From: Macrostomum lignano
Taxonomy: Eukaryota
Direction of reading: 5' to 3'
DNA length: 64,000 bases
Assembly: GCA_002269645.1 (NCBI GenBank)
Contig: NIVC01002696.1
Coordinates: 18,278 to 82,277, forward strand
Of the stretch, positions 22,200-33,770 are shown piece by piece. Made by a program: the position numbers and the translations under genes. The notes under the pieces were generated by a model. That model saw only the letters and a list, made by a program, of their open reading frames with translations. It did no database searches and was not told the DNA's origin. Numbering within the stretch: the first letter of the stretch is position 1; each line of letters starts with the position of its first letter.

Positions 22200-22631
22200 A
22201 TGCCAGGCCAGCCAACCTTGCGAGGTAGATTGCTTGCTATTAGAGCCGAGGAAAACAATATTAAGGGTATTTTCTATACAGAATACGCTAGGTCGTCATT
22301 TGCTCGCCTAATCCCAGATCCAACTGCGTTCGTCGATCATTATCGACAAAATCAGGAACGAATTTCTGATGATGCTCGTCTTCTTAAGTTACTTAAGAAG
22401 ATGTTGGCTAAGGAACGGACTGGGCGGCAATTACAGCGAGAAATCGCTGCTGCCGAGCAATTGAATAATGTGGCCATTCCTGATGCGCCACCAACCTATG
22501 AAGAGGCTCACGCTCAGCAGGCTCAGCAGGCGCAGGCTCACGCTCAGCAGGCTCAGCAGGCGCAGGCTCATGCTCAGCAGGATCATGAGATGGACGAACT
22601 TGTCCAACTAAACCAAGGCATTGGACAATGA
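22200..22631 (+). CDS. Hypothetical protein with PPxY motif and AHAQQAQQ repeats
   Basis: 143-aa ORF inside the element; PPTYEEA. Confidence 0.6.
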   Translation: MPGQPTLRGRLLAIRAEENNIKGIFYTEYARSSFARLIPDPTAFVDHYRQNQERISDDARLLKLLKKMLAKERTGRQLQREIAAAEQLNNVAIPDAPPTYEEAHAQQAQQAQAHAQQAQQAQAHAQQDHEMDELVQLNQGIGQ

Positions 22632-22843
22632 AGACTTGAGTTTCCACTGTATAAGTGTTTAAAGTAGTTATAACATCTCTAGAAATAAAATGAATTACTA
22701 TCATGCTAAATCTCTTTAAGCCAGGCCACAGAATGCTCCGCGGAGCCTGGCCATTTGTGTCTGAAAATATTTTCTTTTGTGTTCCCCCTTATTGTAAACT
22801 TCCACTCGAATCAGATTGTGACTGTTAAATTTTCCATAGAAAA

Positions 22844-23188
22844 ATGGAAGCTAATAACCCAAATGTTCGAAATGCTCTGCCACAAAAATATTATGATTCT
22901 ATTATAAATTTCTCTCAAATAAAAACACCCATTCGAAAGGCTCGACTAATTGCAGAAATTGATAAAGCTTACGATGAATATAAAGCAGAAATATTAAAAC
23001 ACACCGATTGTAAATGCCCCCCATATTTGTATTCATTCAGAGTATATCTTGCACATGTTGATAAATGGGCATTGATTTCGAGACAGCACATAAGGAATGA
23101 TGAATTTTTCGTCATGCTTAAGTTGAACATTTTCAAACTCCCCATAACCCTTGAGAAGTACATTGAAACTAATGAATTATATTGTTAA
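22844..23188 (+). CDS. Hypothetical protein (114 aa)
   Basis: AAAAATG start, co-oriented with the helicase; no recognised motif. Confidence 0.5.
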   Translation: MEANNPNVRNALPQKYYDSIINFSQIKTPIRKARLIAEIDKAYDEYKAEILKHTDCKCPPYLYSFRVYLAHVDKWALISRQHIRNDEFFVMLKLNIFKLPITLEKYIETNELYC

Positions 23189-23204
23189 ATTTATTTTAAA
23201 TAAA

Positions 23205-25670
23205 ATGGAAAGAAAAAATCAAAACGATTCAAGTTTCTCTCCTGTGATCGTACAGGATCCGCTTCAAAAACATGATGCCCCACCACCAAGATTGACAAAT
23301 TTAAAACAAACAAAATCGTACGATAAACTAATTAATCTCTATGGAGAACTTAATTTTAAATTCGGAAGTTGCAGTGTAACATGGAATAGTAAAACAAAGA
23401 AAAAAATACCGTCAGGAATGCCAAACAAAGCAGATAGGAATTCAACCTCCCCACCATTTCGACCAGAGGTAGACAACATGATTTGGATAGATACTAGAAA
23501 CTCAAATATAACCGTAATCGATATTGATAATGCTGACCTATGCCCTGAGTTGAATGAACTGTGTATGACTCATTGTGATTGGGTTGTTCAGACAAACAAG
23601 GGACACCACTTTTACTTTAACAAGGTAGATGGATTGAAAGTAACGATTCAACAAAGTGTGGGTTTTGATATTCCCGCCTTAGTATTTGCTCCACCAGGTT
23701 TCTATTATGTCGATGGTGAAATTAAGGAATACAAACGTATAAAGCCCGAAAGGTTAATAGACATGCCAGATGTAATTTTTAATGAGATAAATAGATTAAT
23801 TAAGCCACAGGATAAAAATGAAATCCAAGAACAAGATAAACAGGCACTAAAAAGCACCGTTCCACCACCCACTTGTGAAGGAGCTTCAAAGTTGTTAAGT
23901 ATAATACAACACAAAAACCAAGACTATGATTCTTGGTACAAGGTAGCACTTATACTCCGCGACATAGACAGTGGTGATGAAATGTACAAAGTATTCACTG
24001 ATTGGTCAAAAGTAAATTATGATAAGTTCGATTCCGAATCATGTAAAAAGGTGTGGAATAGCACCAATACCAGCTCTGCTGATGCACAGGACAGACTTAC
24101 TATCGGTACGTTGAAGAAATGGGCTAGTGAAGAAAATTATTGTAAATATAAGGAATGGAAAAGCAAATATGATTATTATGGTAGGATTGAGTATCTTGAT
24201 GATAATTTCACTGACGTTAACATAACCAACTTTGTTTATGAATATAAGAAGAATAATATAATTTACAATAGCGATGGTGTTTACTATTTTGATGATGATA
24301 AGTGGAGAGAACTAAGTAGTATAAATGACATATTTCTTAAAATATCAGACCTTGTTAGCGGTGAGTTAAACCACCGAAAGACTAGACTCGAAATTGCAAT
24401 TAAGAAGGCGGCTGATGATAAAGAAAAGTTAAAAGCACTTGAAAAGAAACTACAGAGTACAATCAAGAATATAAATTCAATACAAGGAGCCAACAAACTC
24501 AAACAGGTAACTACTTTGTTCAAAGAGAGGTTTACTAACAATGAAATTGAATTCGACATGAAATGGAATTTGCTAGGGTTTGATGATGGAGTATATGACC
24601 TCGATACAAGTGAGTTTCGCAAGCATAGATATGACGATTACGTTACTAAATCAGTGGGATATTATTACTCGGATGTACTTAGAGTGAGTGATGACGACTA
24701 TGACTTCATTGTTAATCTGCATAACCAAATTCATCCCGATCCAGAAAATAGAAAGAGTTGGGAATCCGTTATAGCCACAGCTCTAATGGGTAAGAATGTT
24801 GAAAACTTTATAATGTTTGATGGCGCTGGTGGAAATGGGAAGGGGGTTGAGGACAACCTACTTCTTAGAACTCTAGGATCTGATTATGCAGCACCACTGA
24901 GTCCTGATGTTTTGAATTTACCAATAAGAATAGACAGGCCACAACCAGCCCTAGCACAAATTAATAAAAAGAGGTTGGTTATCAGTCAAGAAGTAAGTGG
25001 TGTCTTGAACAATGCATCAATAAAATTACTAACTGGTGGTGGGGTTATCCAAGCTAGAAATTTATATTCAAGCCAGTGTAATGTCGTTTTACACGCAACC
25101 CTAATAGTCGAATGCAACAACAAGCCTGACTTTAGACAAAATATTGGAGATGCAGAAAAAAGACGAATTATAAATATTAATTACCCATGTAAATATACAA
25201 CAGATACCGACATCATTGATCATGCGAAACACATTTATAAAGCCGATTCATATCTTAAAACCGAGGAATTTAAGAATAAATATAAGTTTGCTGAGATGAA
25301 ACACCTACTAGAAATTTTCAAGCAAACAAAGGGTGAAATATATCTATCTCAAAATGTAATTCAAAACACTAATAAATTCATACAAAATTGTAATTGGTTT
25401 TCTCGCTTCTTTGAAGAGAATTATGAATTTTTAGAAACTGAGGAAAAAACATTTTTGCTTATTAGAGAAATTTACACTGCCGCAACAGAGAGTGAATACT
25501 ATAGGACTCTAGCCCAACGTGAGAAACGTGAATTCCAACAACAATACATAACAGATTTCTTCAAGAAACACAAAGACTATTTTAAGTATTATAAGGATAG
25601 ATATAGGCGTAGGATAGATGGTAAACAGCAAGAAACTAGAAATGTTCTGTTTTACTGTGTAAAAAAATAA
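23205..25670 (+). CDS. AEP/Prim-Pol primase - PriCT-2 - D5-like SF3 helicase
   Basis: TVIDID and TNKGHHFYF primase motifs; YDSWYKV...WS...KKVW...IGTLKKWA (PriCT-2); LLGFDDGVYDL (D5_N); Walker A GAGGNGKG; IKLLTGG, CNNKP. Confidence 0.88.
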   Translation: MERKNQNDSSFSPVIVQDPLQKHDAPPPRLTNLKQTKSYDKLINLYGELNFKFGSCSVTWNSKTKKKIPSGMPNKADRNSTSPPFRPEVDNMIWIDTRNSNITVIDIDNADLCPELNELCMTHCDWVVQTNKGHHFYFNKVDGLKVTIQQSVGFDIPALVFAPPGFYYVDGEIKEYKRIKPERLIDMPDVIFNEINRLIKPQDKNEIQEQDKQALKSTVPPPTCEGASKLLSIIQHKNQDYDSWYKVALILRDIDSGDEMYKVFTDWSKVNYDKFDSESCKKVWNSTNTSSADAQDRLTIGTLKKWASEENYCKYKEWKSKYDYYGRIEYLDDNFTDVNITNFVYEYKKNNIIYNSDGVYYFDDDKWRELSSINDIFLKISDLVSGELNHRKTRLEIAIKKAADDKEKLKALEKKLQSTIKNINSIQGANKLKQVTTLFKERFTNNEIEFDMKWNLLGFDDGVYDLDTSEFRKHRYDDYVTKSVGYYYSDVLRVSDDDYDFIVNLHNQIHPDPENRKSWESVIATALMGKNVENFIMFDGAGGNGKGVEDNLLLRTLGSDYAAPLSPDVLNLPIRIDRPQPALAQINKKRLVISQEVSGVLNNASIKLLTGGGVIQARNLYSSQCNVVLHATLIVECNNKPDFRQNIGDAEKRRIININYPCKYTTDTDIIDHAKHIYKADSYLKTEEFKNKYKFAEMKHLLEIFKQTKGEIYLSQNVIQNTNKFIQNCNWFSRFFEENYEFLETEEKTFLLIREIYTAATESEYYRTLAQREKREFQQQYITDFFKKHKDYFKYYKDRYRRRIDGKQQETRNVLFYCVKK

Positions 25671-25691
25671 ACGAAGATGTTATCAATGAGA

Positions 25692-28600
25692 TTACATTGG
25701 CTGATGAGGAATAGATCTGATAGGATCCAAATAATATCTTTTATCATCTAACGGACTCATTGTTTGTTTCATAATCTCACGAATATATATTTTATTTTTT
25801 TCAGATACAGTCATACTTACTCTACCTCTTTGAATATCTTTGTAATCTGTCAATAGTATGTTTTTAAAAGTTTCAAACTTTATATTTGTACTGCTTTTAT
25901 CAACCCCCTTGATCGTAACACACTCTCCTGAAACTGTAGTGAAAGCATACTCCTTTGACCGCAAGAATACAGCTTCGGAAATTATTGAACCATTCATTTC
26001 ATCTTTCAACTTTCCAATTACTTTCTTATTCTTCTCGGAGTATAGTGGATGCTCTCTTGGATAATCCGATGTGTCTAAGTGTTCTTTAACTTTTCCAAGA
26101 TCCTCATAAACATCCTGAGTAATCACTGAGAATATTAGCGAATCACAATCAGAATAGTGCAATTGACAGCTTTTCCAATTCTTCTCAATAAAATTGTAAT
26201 AGCAATCGTACATTAGCATTTTTGCATAATCCAGAATGGCCATCCCTAAATAAATTGGCTTGTCACACGCAATTGTCTTTTTGTACATTTGGATACCAAC
26301 TGCATCCTCACTAAACATAATGAAATCTTTGAAATTTGGTTTAGAAAAATAACGCCTTGCAGTTTTTTCTTCAGCTACAAGATGAAAGTTCGACCTATTC
26401 TTTACATTTTCGATTGTTTTACCGTAGAATGAGTTGTTTAGTAGTTTCCACAGGTCTTTCTCAAATTTAGTTTTTGCTTCTATTCTCCGCCTGGTATTAA
26501 ATTCGATGTATTTACTCAACCAGTTTGATTCTTTGAATGAAATAATTCTATGAACTCTCATAACTCGCATGCCCATCTTCTCATAAAACTCAAGTAGTCT
26601 GTGATGTAAAACATATTTCTCCTTGTTGTAAAATGTCAACATCAACTTGGATTGAACAAACTTTTTCTTTTCGACTTCGAGGTATTGCTTCTGTATGTCA
26701 GATAAATCCTCAAATCTAGTTGTTCGTTTCTCAGGAGCCAGTGGATATTTACTTGTAGCTTTCTTACATTCCTCTGTATATTGAAGGTCAACTTCAAGAA
26801 AACAACCCCTGCCATTAGGAATATTCTTGTGATACTCTAGATCATTTTCAAACTTGAAATCTCCCACAGGTAGATTTTTCATCATTGCTTCACCATATAA
26901 ATTATTCTTGTCCAAGTATAGCATGTACGACGATTCAGAATTGCTGTCATAACTTTCTAAATACTTGTTATTCATTTTTTTATATCGATCTCCAAGAACT
27001 CCAGAGAAACCGCCGCGAATACCACTTTCTACCATGGATATCATTTCTTTATCACCAAGTAATTCCAATTCCACATTAGTATATTTCAACCCACATGCCC
27101 ACGATAATCCAGAAAGGGAAAAGCAATACGCAGGATCTATCTTGAAATATTTCAAAAATGTTGATCGAAACTTCTCAAAAGCATTGACAAATGAGTAAAT
27201 CTTTCTAATTACTGCTGTTGTATCACTGGGTGGCAAATATTTTATTTCTTCTTCAGAGAGTGTAAATGGTGGTTCCAAAAACCTAGATCCATCTAAAAAC
27301 ACAACACCACTGGTATAATTCCCCACTTGATTGCAACATGGTCTTCAGATGTTTTAGAAATGAAATCCAATTTATACGCTGTATTCTTTATTCGTGTTAA
27401 TGGAACTATCAAATAGTTTAGATCTTTTCCAGATTCATTCAGAAGAAACAACGGTACTGTTTGATTCGCCTTGCCCTCCTTGGTATTACATGATTGACAT
27501 GCTGCGCCGCGATATTTACCATTGTAGTGATTATGCTCTCGAATTTTTTTACTATCTACAAATGGCCTTGAGCAGAGAAAACATTGTTCTGCCGCTTTGT
27601 AATCAGTCTCTTCGACATCACTTAAACTTGGATGTTTATATCTATCCATTTCATTTTTTATATGCTCAAACTTTTTTATTACGGTTTCAACGAATGATTC
27701 CACTGTAGTATTTGAAATAATATTTGATTTTATAATGTCCTCATAGTCGGAACTAGTAAAAAGTGTCCATTGTGATAGCTCTAGTGATTTATCATCCATC
27801 GTTACATAATCTAATATTGCATGAAACACAAATGGTTTTCTTACACTCATGTGGTAGTTTTTAAACTTTAATATCCTCTTATCAATCTTTGGAACTTCAA
27901 TTGACACTTTGAAGTCATTACAGATTGCTTTATGATTATCCAGTGCATCCTGGGAGTATTTGACTTGAAGACACTTTCGACAAAGAAAAACCCTGTTGTA
28001 ATTTTGGGACGTGAGGAATAAACACAAGTCTGTTATTAAGCAATAATGATTTTCAACAAGTAGTAAATCAATAACATTGGGGTTGTCGTAATCTTCTGTC
28101 AGACGAATAGAATATATTGACTCTTTAGTATTTATATCCCTCAATCCAAACACATTTATATGAAGACTGTTCAACTTTTCAATCTCAGAGATATCTCGAA
28201 TGTCCACTGGAAATTTAACGTCTCCTAAGTTTATTTCATTTATATACTGTGTATACTTACCAACTCTATATCTATGTTCCTTCACAGGATGGAGCTTTGC
28301 TAAAATAGACCAGAGAAAGCACCTATTGTCTGTAGTGTTCTTAACATTTACTAATGCGTTTGATTTAATTCGAATTTGAATATAAGTTCCTCCTTTCAAC
28401 TGATTAATGCCAACAACTTTCAACACAATCTTTACTAACTTAACAAAATAATATCCTGATCCCCTTTCATTAAAGCTATCCTTCCATCCATCGAATTCAT
28501 CCAGAATATCCTGAATTGTACTTTCTATACTAGTTTCCACTTGGAGAAGATTTAACAAAGTTCGATACTTTGAATGATATTGGAACTCAATCCAACTGTC

Positions 28601-28759
28601 GGTAGTTCCTTTATAAAATTCTGCGACAAAGGAAATTCTGTATTTTATTGAATCTCTAGCCATCAAATATTCGGAAAGAATTGGGGAGATTAAACCGCGA
28701 ATTTCTTCAACGGAGTCGAGATCAAATTCATAAGAGGCCGCTGGTATTTTCCTTTCCAT
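25692..28759 (-). CDS. Protein-primed family B DNA polymerase, frameshifted at 27321-27324
   Basis: N-terminal GSGY...NVKN..DNRCFLW region, EndoVII-like C..C...HNH..G.YRG.AC..CN, motif A YLDKNNLYG, B KLLNNSFYG, C YSDCDS, KxY LRSKEY; one added G fuses the two ORFs into ~1022 aa. Confidence 0.92.
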
Positions 28760-28784
28760 TTTTAAGAAAAAAAATTAAACAGAC

Positions 28785-29525
28785 TCAAGCATAGGGGGGT
28801 GCACTTGGAGCATTTGATTGAAGATTGAGTGTTGCCGAGTACTCTTTTGGCTTATCGGCTAGACCCAATTTTTCTCTCAGATCTTTCTCCAGCAGTTCCT
28901 TTTTAATTTTTTCCTTCGCTGAATGACCAAGTCTACTCTCTTTGAGAATTTTATCAACGACTTCCGAATGGTTAACATCTTCAGGCGCAACACAGGCGTC
29001 TAACAATTGGTCTCTTTTCTCTCTGTATTCTGAATAAATTGCAGCAGCTGCTTGAACCTCTTCAAGAGTTAATCTATAATCATCAACTGCTTTTTGGGAG
29101 TAAATATACAATCTCTCTCTGTATTTATTGGCCAGATCTCTGAGAACAATGTATTTTGCCTTCTGCTTTTGGCAATGAATTTTCACAGTTGCAAACAACG
29201 ACGTGGATTTTACAGCTTCAAAACCACTCATTGCCCCGATTACTACTCCAATGACTAAGGGATTCAATGTCAGTATCGATGTTGCTATGCCAATTCCTGT
29301 AGCAGCCAAGAGACTTACATTTCCTGTCACAATGTTGATCCAATTTATCCTGCTACTTTGTCGTTTGTACTTTTTTACCTTTTTGCTATAAATTGTAAGA
29401 TCTTTCGTAATGCATTCAATACTGCCTTTGATTTCACCCTTTCTCTGATTGAAATAGTCCCGCTCCCTCAAATCTGCTTCATGCAGCTCAACCACAGGAT
29501 AGATGTGTTCATTTTTATCATTCAT
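28785..29525 (-). CDS. Conserved Polinton protein with a central hydrophobic hairpin and C-terminal PSAP
   Basis: TAAAAATG at 29525; KKY...hydrophobic segment...KY..L.DLA...AVDD..LT.EE pattern; ends PSAPPYA. Confidence 0.6.
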   Translation of the reverse strand: MNDKNEHIYPVVELHEADLRERDYFNQRKGEIKGSIECITKDLTIYSKKVKKYKRQSSRINWINIVTGNVSLLAATGIGIATSILTLNPLVIGVVIGAMSGFEAVKSTSLFATVKIHCQKQKAKYIVLRDLANKYRERLYIYSQKAVDDYRLTLEEVQAAAAIYSEYREKRDQLLDACVAPEDVNHSEVVDKILKESRLGHSAKEKIKKELLEKDLREKLGLADKPKEYSATLNLQSNAPSAPPYA

Positions 29526-29567
29526 TTTTATATGGCGATTATGCCTAATTGTCAATTATGTCTATAC

Positions 29568-30143
29568 CTGACTGAATATCTAAAGCATTTCCTAGAAATA
29601 ATGGTTTACTGAAGGCCATTTTATATATATATAATTTACTATCGTTGAATTGGATGACACTTTCATATTGTATATACCTGAAATTGCATTAAATTGACCC
29701 GTGAATCCAACTTTTCTCATGGTTTTAGAGCTGGAATCGTGAAAATTGCACTTTTTCAAAATTTTTGAAAATCACAAAAAATCGCTGTTTTCAGACCATT
29801 TTCACCTGTTTTTAGTCATTTTTCAGTTATTTTTAGTGATTTTCAAAATGAGTGAGGGCATGAGGGCGAGGGCACCCCCCCTTTTTAAAAGTATAAAAAA
29901 TCCGGAAATTCTGTCTTCTGAGAAATATACCACAGGCCAATGCCCCCCACATGCCCTCACCCTCAACACCCTCAGTCACAGATATATGTATATTTATATA
30001 TTTTTATATTTATCACACCCCACTTGAACCCATGACCTCCTGATAGTAGTAGTATGTTATAAGGGGTTGAGTCATCCAGCGAGCTGGCGCGCAATGCGCC
30101 CGAGCAATAAGTGTGGCGCAACCCCTTATAACATACTACTACT
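29568..30143 (-). repeat. Right terminal inverted repeat (576 bp)
   Basis: Reverse complement of 12330-12905 with a few mismatches. Confidence 0.95.
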
Positions 30144-30400
30144 CGCAGGCACTCATTTTAGCGCCGAAGGCACTCATTTTAGCGCCGTAGGCACTCATTT
30201 TGGCGCCGCAGGCACTATTTTAGCGCCGCAGGCACTCATTTTGGCGCCGCAGGCATTCAGTTTGGCGCCGCAGGCACTATTTTAGCGCCACAGGCACTAT
30301 TTTGGCGCCTCAGGCACTCATTTTGGCGCAGCAGGCACTCATTTTGGCGCCGCAGGCACTCATTTTGGCGCCGCAGGCCCATTTTAGCGCCAGAGGCGCT
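30144..30400. repeat. 21-bp satellite, right part of the interrupted array
   Basis: Same unit as 11290-12329, resuming at the TSD. Confidence 0.93.
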
Positions 30401-33400
30401 ATTTTTTGTCGCCCTGCAACAAAATACATTTATGCAAAGCAGAAAAAATAAAAATAAGAGTAAAAAATAAGCAAAAAGTCTACATCTTGCATTTAAAATG
30501 TGGAGGGGCCAGACACCATTACTGCCCCCCCCACTTTTCAAGGTGGGGGGGGGGCCATGGCCCCACTGTCTCCCCCCGTTCCTACGCCTATGGAAACGCG
30601 TTCATAATTGTATAGAAGTAAACACAACAGAAACGGATGTTGATACGTACGCTCAAGTATATTATAGATTACAGTATGCAGTGCTGCTTTCTGATGAGGG
30701 TGGGTTTCACAAACGCGAAACTTCACAACCGCTAAAAAGACTGCCGTATATAAAAGTCCAGAAATTTTAGCGGTTATGAAGTTTCGCGTTTATGAAAGCA
30801 ACACTCAGCTCTGTCTGCTGACAGGTCTTTCGAAAAGGAAAATTTAACAGAGGAAAAATCTAAAGAGATACTTGTGAGTGGAAATGCAGAGGAACACTGC
30901 CTTTTGTAGGTTAGGGATTCGGGAATGAGTACGCTAGTCTGGTTTCAGTATTTTTCCCCTATTTCCTATAACAGGTTTTATTTTCCTGCTATCTTCTGTT
31001 CACAAGTCAGAAAGACTTTCTAACTCACTGGCCTCCAAGGGCCCTTTTATGAGTAAGTGAGGCTCACATCTCCGAATTCGCTCTGTACCGCAAATTATTC
31101 AAGATAGTGTATTTTCAAGTCCAGTCAAGCAAGAAAACTGGTTTAGTCGAAAAAATGCACAGTAATGCATAGTTAGAGCGGTGCAGGGATATCACTCGAG
31201 CAGTTTCTCTGTGTGCCGTTGTTAGGCAGCCATATCACCCCCCCCCCAAAGCATTGCTGCGAGTCTATACTGTGTCACGCGTCCGCAGGCTGCTGGCTTG
31301 GCCCTCAAACCTCGGCCTTTGTTATTTTTTCTTTTGTGTAGAGCTGGTCTGGCTGGATAGCCCCGGTCGAGATGAGAGGAGGCCGTTGTTTTTTTCGCTT
31401 TGATGTATGAGCACAATTCCAGTGCTTCCATTCCCATGCAAAAGCTGGCCTCATCATTCATTCAAAAAACTATGATTCATCTTTTTCCTTCCACTCCAGT
31501 TGTCATCTTTAAAGCTCTCTGAATTTTTTAGTTTGAGCGACTCACCCCCTATTGGTTGCCAAAATCCAGAACCAAAAACCAAAGCTAAAACGTTTTTGGT
31601 CGCGAGATTTGGTCAGAAGGGAATGTTGAGTGGGTGGGGTAGAACCTCTACTACAGTATCTAAGAATGATAATATTGAAGTGGCCAGTCTATGATGGTCA
31701 GACAATTGAATAGCTGGTCATTGTTGCGGTGCGAGCTTCTTTTGTGTGTAGCGCGATTAGATGGATAGCTAATAGAGAACCCCGAATTCCTGTGTTAGTC
31801 ATCAAGCAAAGTTTGTCTACTTGCGAGCTGCCTAATTGACTCAGTTGGGGGTTTTCGGATTTCGGGCTTTCGTCACACCGCCATCAAATGAGGCCAATTT
31901 TCGAGTTGATCCCACAAAATTTCAGTTGATGATTAACGAATCTTTGACAATCACATCCAGTTTTTCACGCCATCAACTGACTTTTGCGACTGCAATCAAC
32001 TGACATATGACAACTGACAACTGACAACTGACTGAGGAGAATGACTGGTCTGGAGTTTAGAGGAGGGTGATGCAGGTTTTACAATTTGTTTGTAAAGATT
32101 TGCACATATCTCCAGCTGAGCCTAAATTGTACATATTTTCAGCACGTTTGAGAAAACTATTTTGTGCTTTAAATTCAATACCAGTGTACAGTCTATATCA
32201 GAGTACAAAGGCCAGCGCTCTTATTGATATAACTGGCGCGTGCTAACGAGAAACCTAGCATATTGAACTTTTCTGATCGTCCTTTTTCCTGGTATTTCGA
32301 TTGTCAGAGTGCCGAAGGTCGTATAGAATAGGATTTTCTTGCACTTTGTTTACACCAGGGGTTCCAGTGGCAACCAAAGGGGAATAAAAAAGAAAAGAGA
32401 TAGGTGAGAAGAGAGAAGAGATGAGAAGAGAGGAGAGAAGAGAGAAGAGCGCTGAAAGGAGACAAACATTGAGCGGGCCTAATTACTATTGTGGAGTTTC
32501 TAAGGCCGGAGTTTACCGACCCCCGGCTCATGTGATGAAAAATAATAAAATAGTTAGTAACCTGACTGGTGTGATGACCAATCAATTTTGAAGCGACAGT
32601 CAGACTAGACGGAGAGTGTTAAAATAGAGTGGCTTGAGTTGAGTTTTGCATGTTGCGCAACTTGGAGTGCTGTGTAAGAGGCAAACGATCATTGTACAGC
32701 GTTTTAGTTGATCAACTGGCCCTCGCGTTATTGACTTTGTCGCTGAATTTGAAAATTTTCTAAGTTAGCTGAGATTTCAAGTGATCACAGGCAAATTTAG
32801 AAATTCTGTGACTGTGTGGTCAAACGAGTTGTTTGACTTGGTCTTTCATTTGATTGCAGTGTGAATGAGCCTTTGAGAAATGAGAAATGGTGCTTATGGT
32901 GTGCGTTTGTTTGTTTTGTGTTTGGTAACTACGGTTTGTTCTTGTTGTGTACAAATCTAAAACACCATTAAAGCCAAATTGTTGTCTTTTGTAGAAGCAT
33001 TGTATGGCTAGAGTAAATAAGGTACAAGTCATACTCGTAATGTTTATGCATACAAGGTAGCTTGGAAAGATGAATGATGGTGTATGAAGGGGTATGATTG
33101 GTTTATTGAAGGGCGTTACGCGATAGAATAAATGACTATTATTAAATTAGATGGTACTTTTAAAATGTTTATACCTAAAAATAGATTATTTTAACCCACG
33201 AATCAGACATTTCCTATGGTTTTAATGGTCACGAAATTGCGCAAAAAGAAATTTTTCAAAAATTTTGGAAATTCACTAAAATCGCTGTTTTTAGAGCATT
33301 TTCACCTGTTTTTAGTCGATTTTCATCTGTTTTTGGTCATTTTTTTGAAATTTTAGCGCTTAAACTACTTTTTCCTATACTATACTACTGTCATAGATGT

Positions 33401-33770
33401 CGATAGACGTTGGGAACGTCGGCTCAGACATCTTCGAGGTCAGATTGCAGTACGGGCTAGGTACAATGTCCAAAATTGGGTCTATTCAGCTTCCGAGTAA
33501 AGATTCAGATCTACAAAAGGAAAGAGAGAAGACAGAGAGGACAGAGAAAATTGGCATGGGTTCATTCACATGCGTTACTCTTTCTCTGAAATAACGGGGT
33601 GGCTCCATTGATTAGGGCAACCAACCAATGACAAGACACAGCTGTGTGAGTTGGTACCTTGTATCCAGTCCGTACTATATAAGAGCCCTTTCTGTTTCAT
33701 TTTTATGCTGCGAAAGGAAGAAGGAAGGTAATGCTACATTGTCGATGGTTTTGAAGTCAGACAATGAGAC

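Larger units (their letters stand above)
12330..30143. mobile_element. Complete Polinton/Maverick (adintovirus-like) endogenous virus, 17,814 bp
   Basis: AGTAGTAGTA...TACTACTACT ends, 576-bp TIRs, 6-bp TSD CGCAGG (12324-12329 and 30144-30149); rve integrase, pPolB, ATPase, major and minor capsid, protease. Confidence 0.97.

Noticed and set aside
27293-27326. Programmed -1 frameshift in pPolB
   Set aside because: No canonical X XXY YYZ heptamer; a single-G loss in a homopolymer explains it, and the same error type hits host GNAO1.
11158-30592. One large MITE enclosing the satellite and the Polinton
   Set aside because: The hAT-like ends match poorly (about 7 of 10) and no 8-bp TSD is shared.
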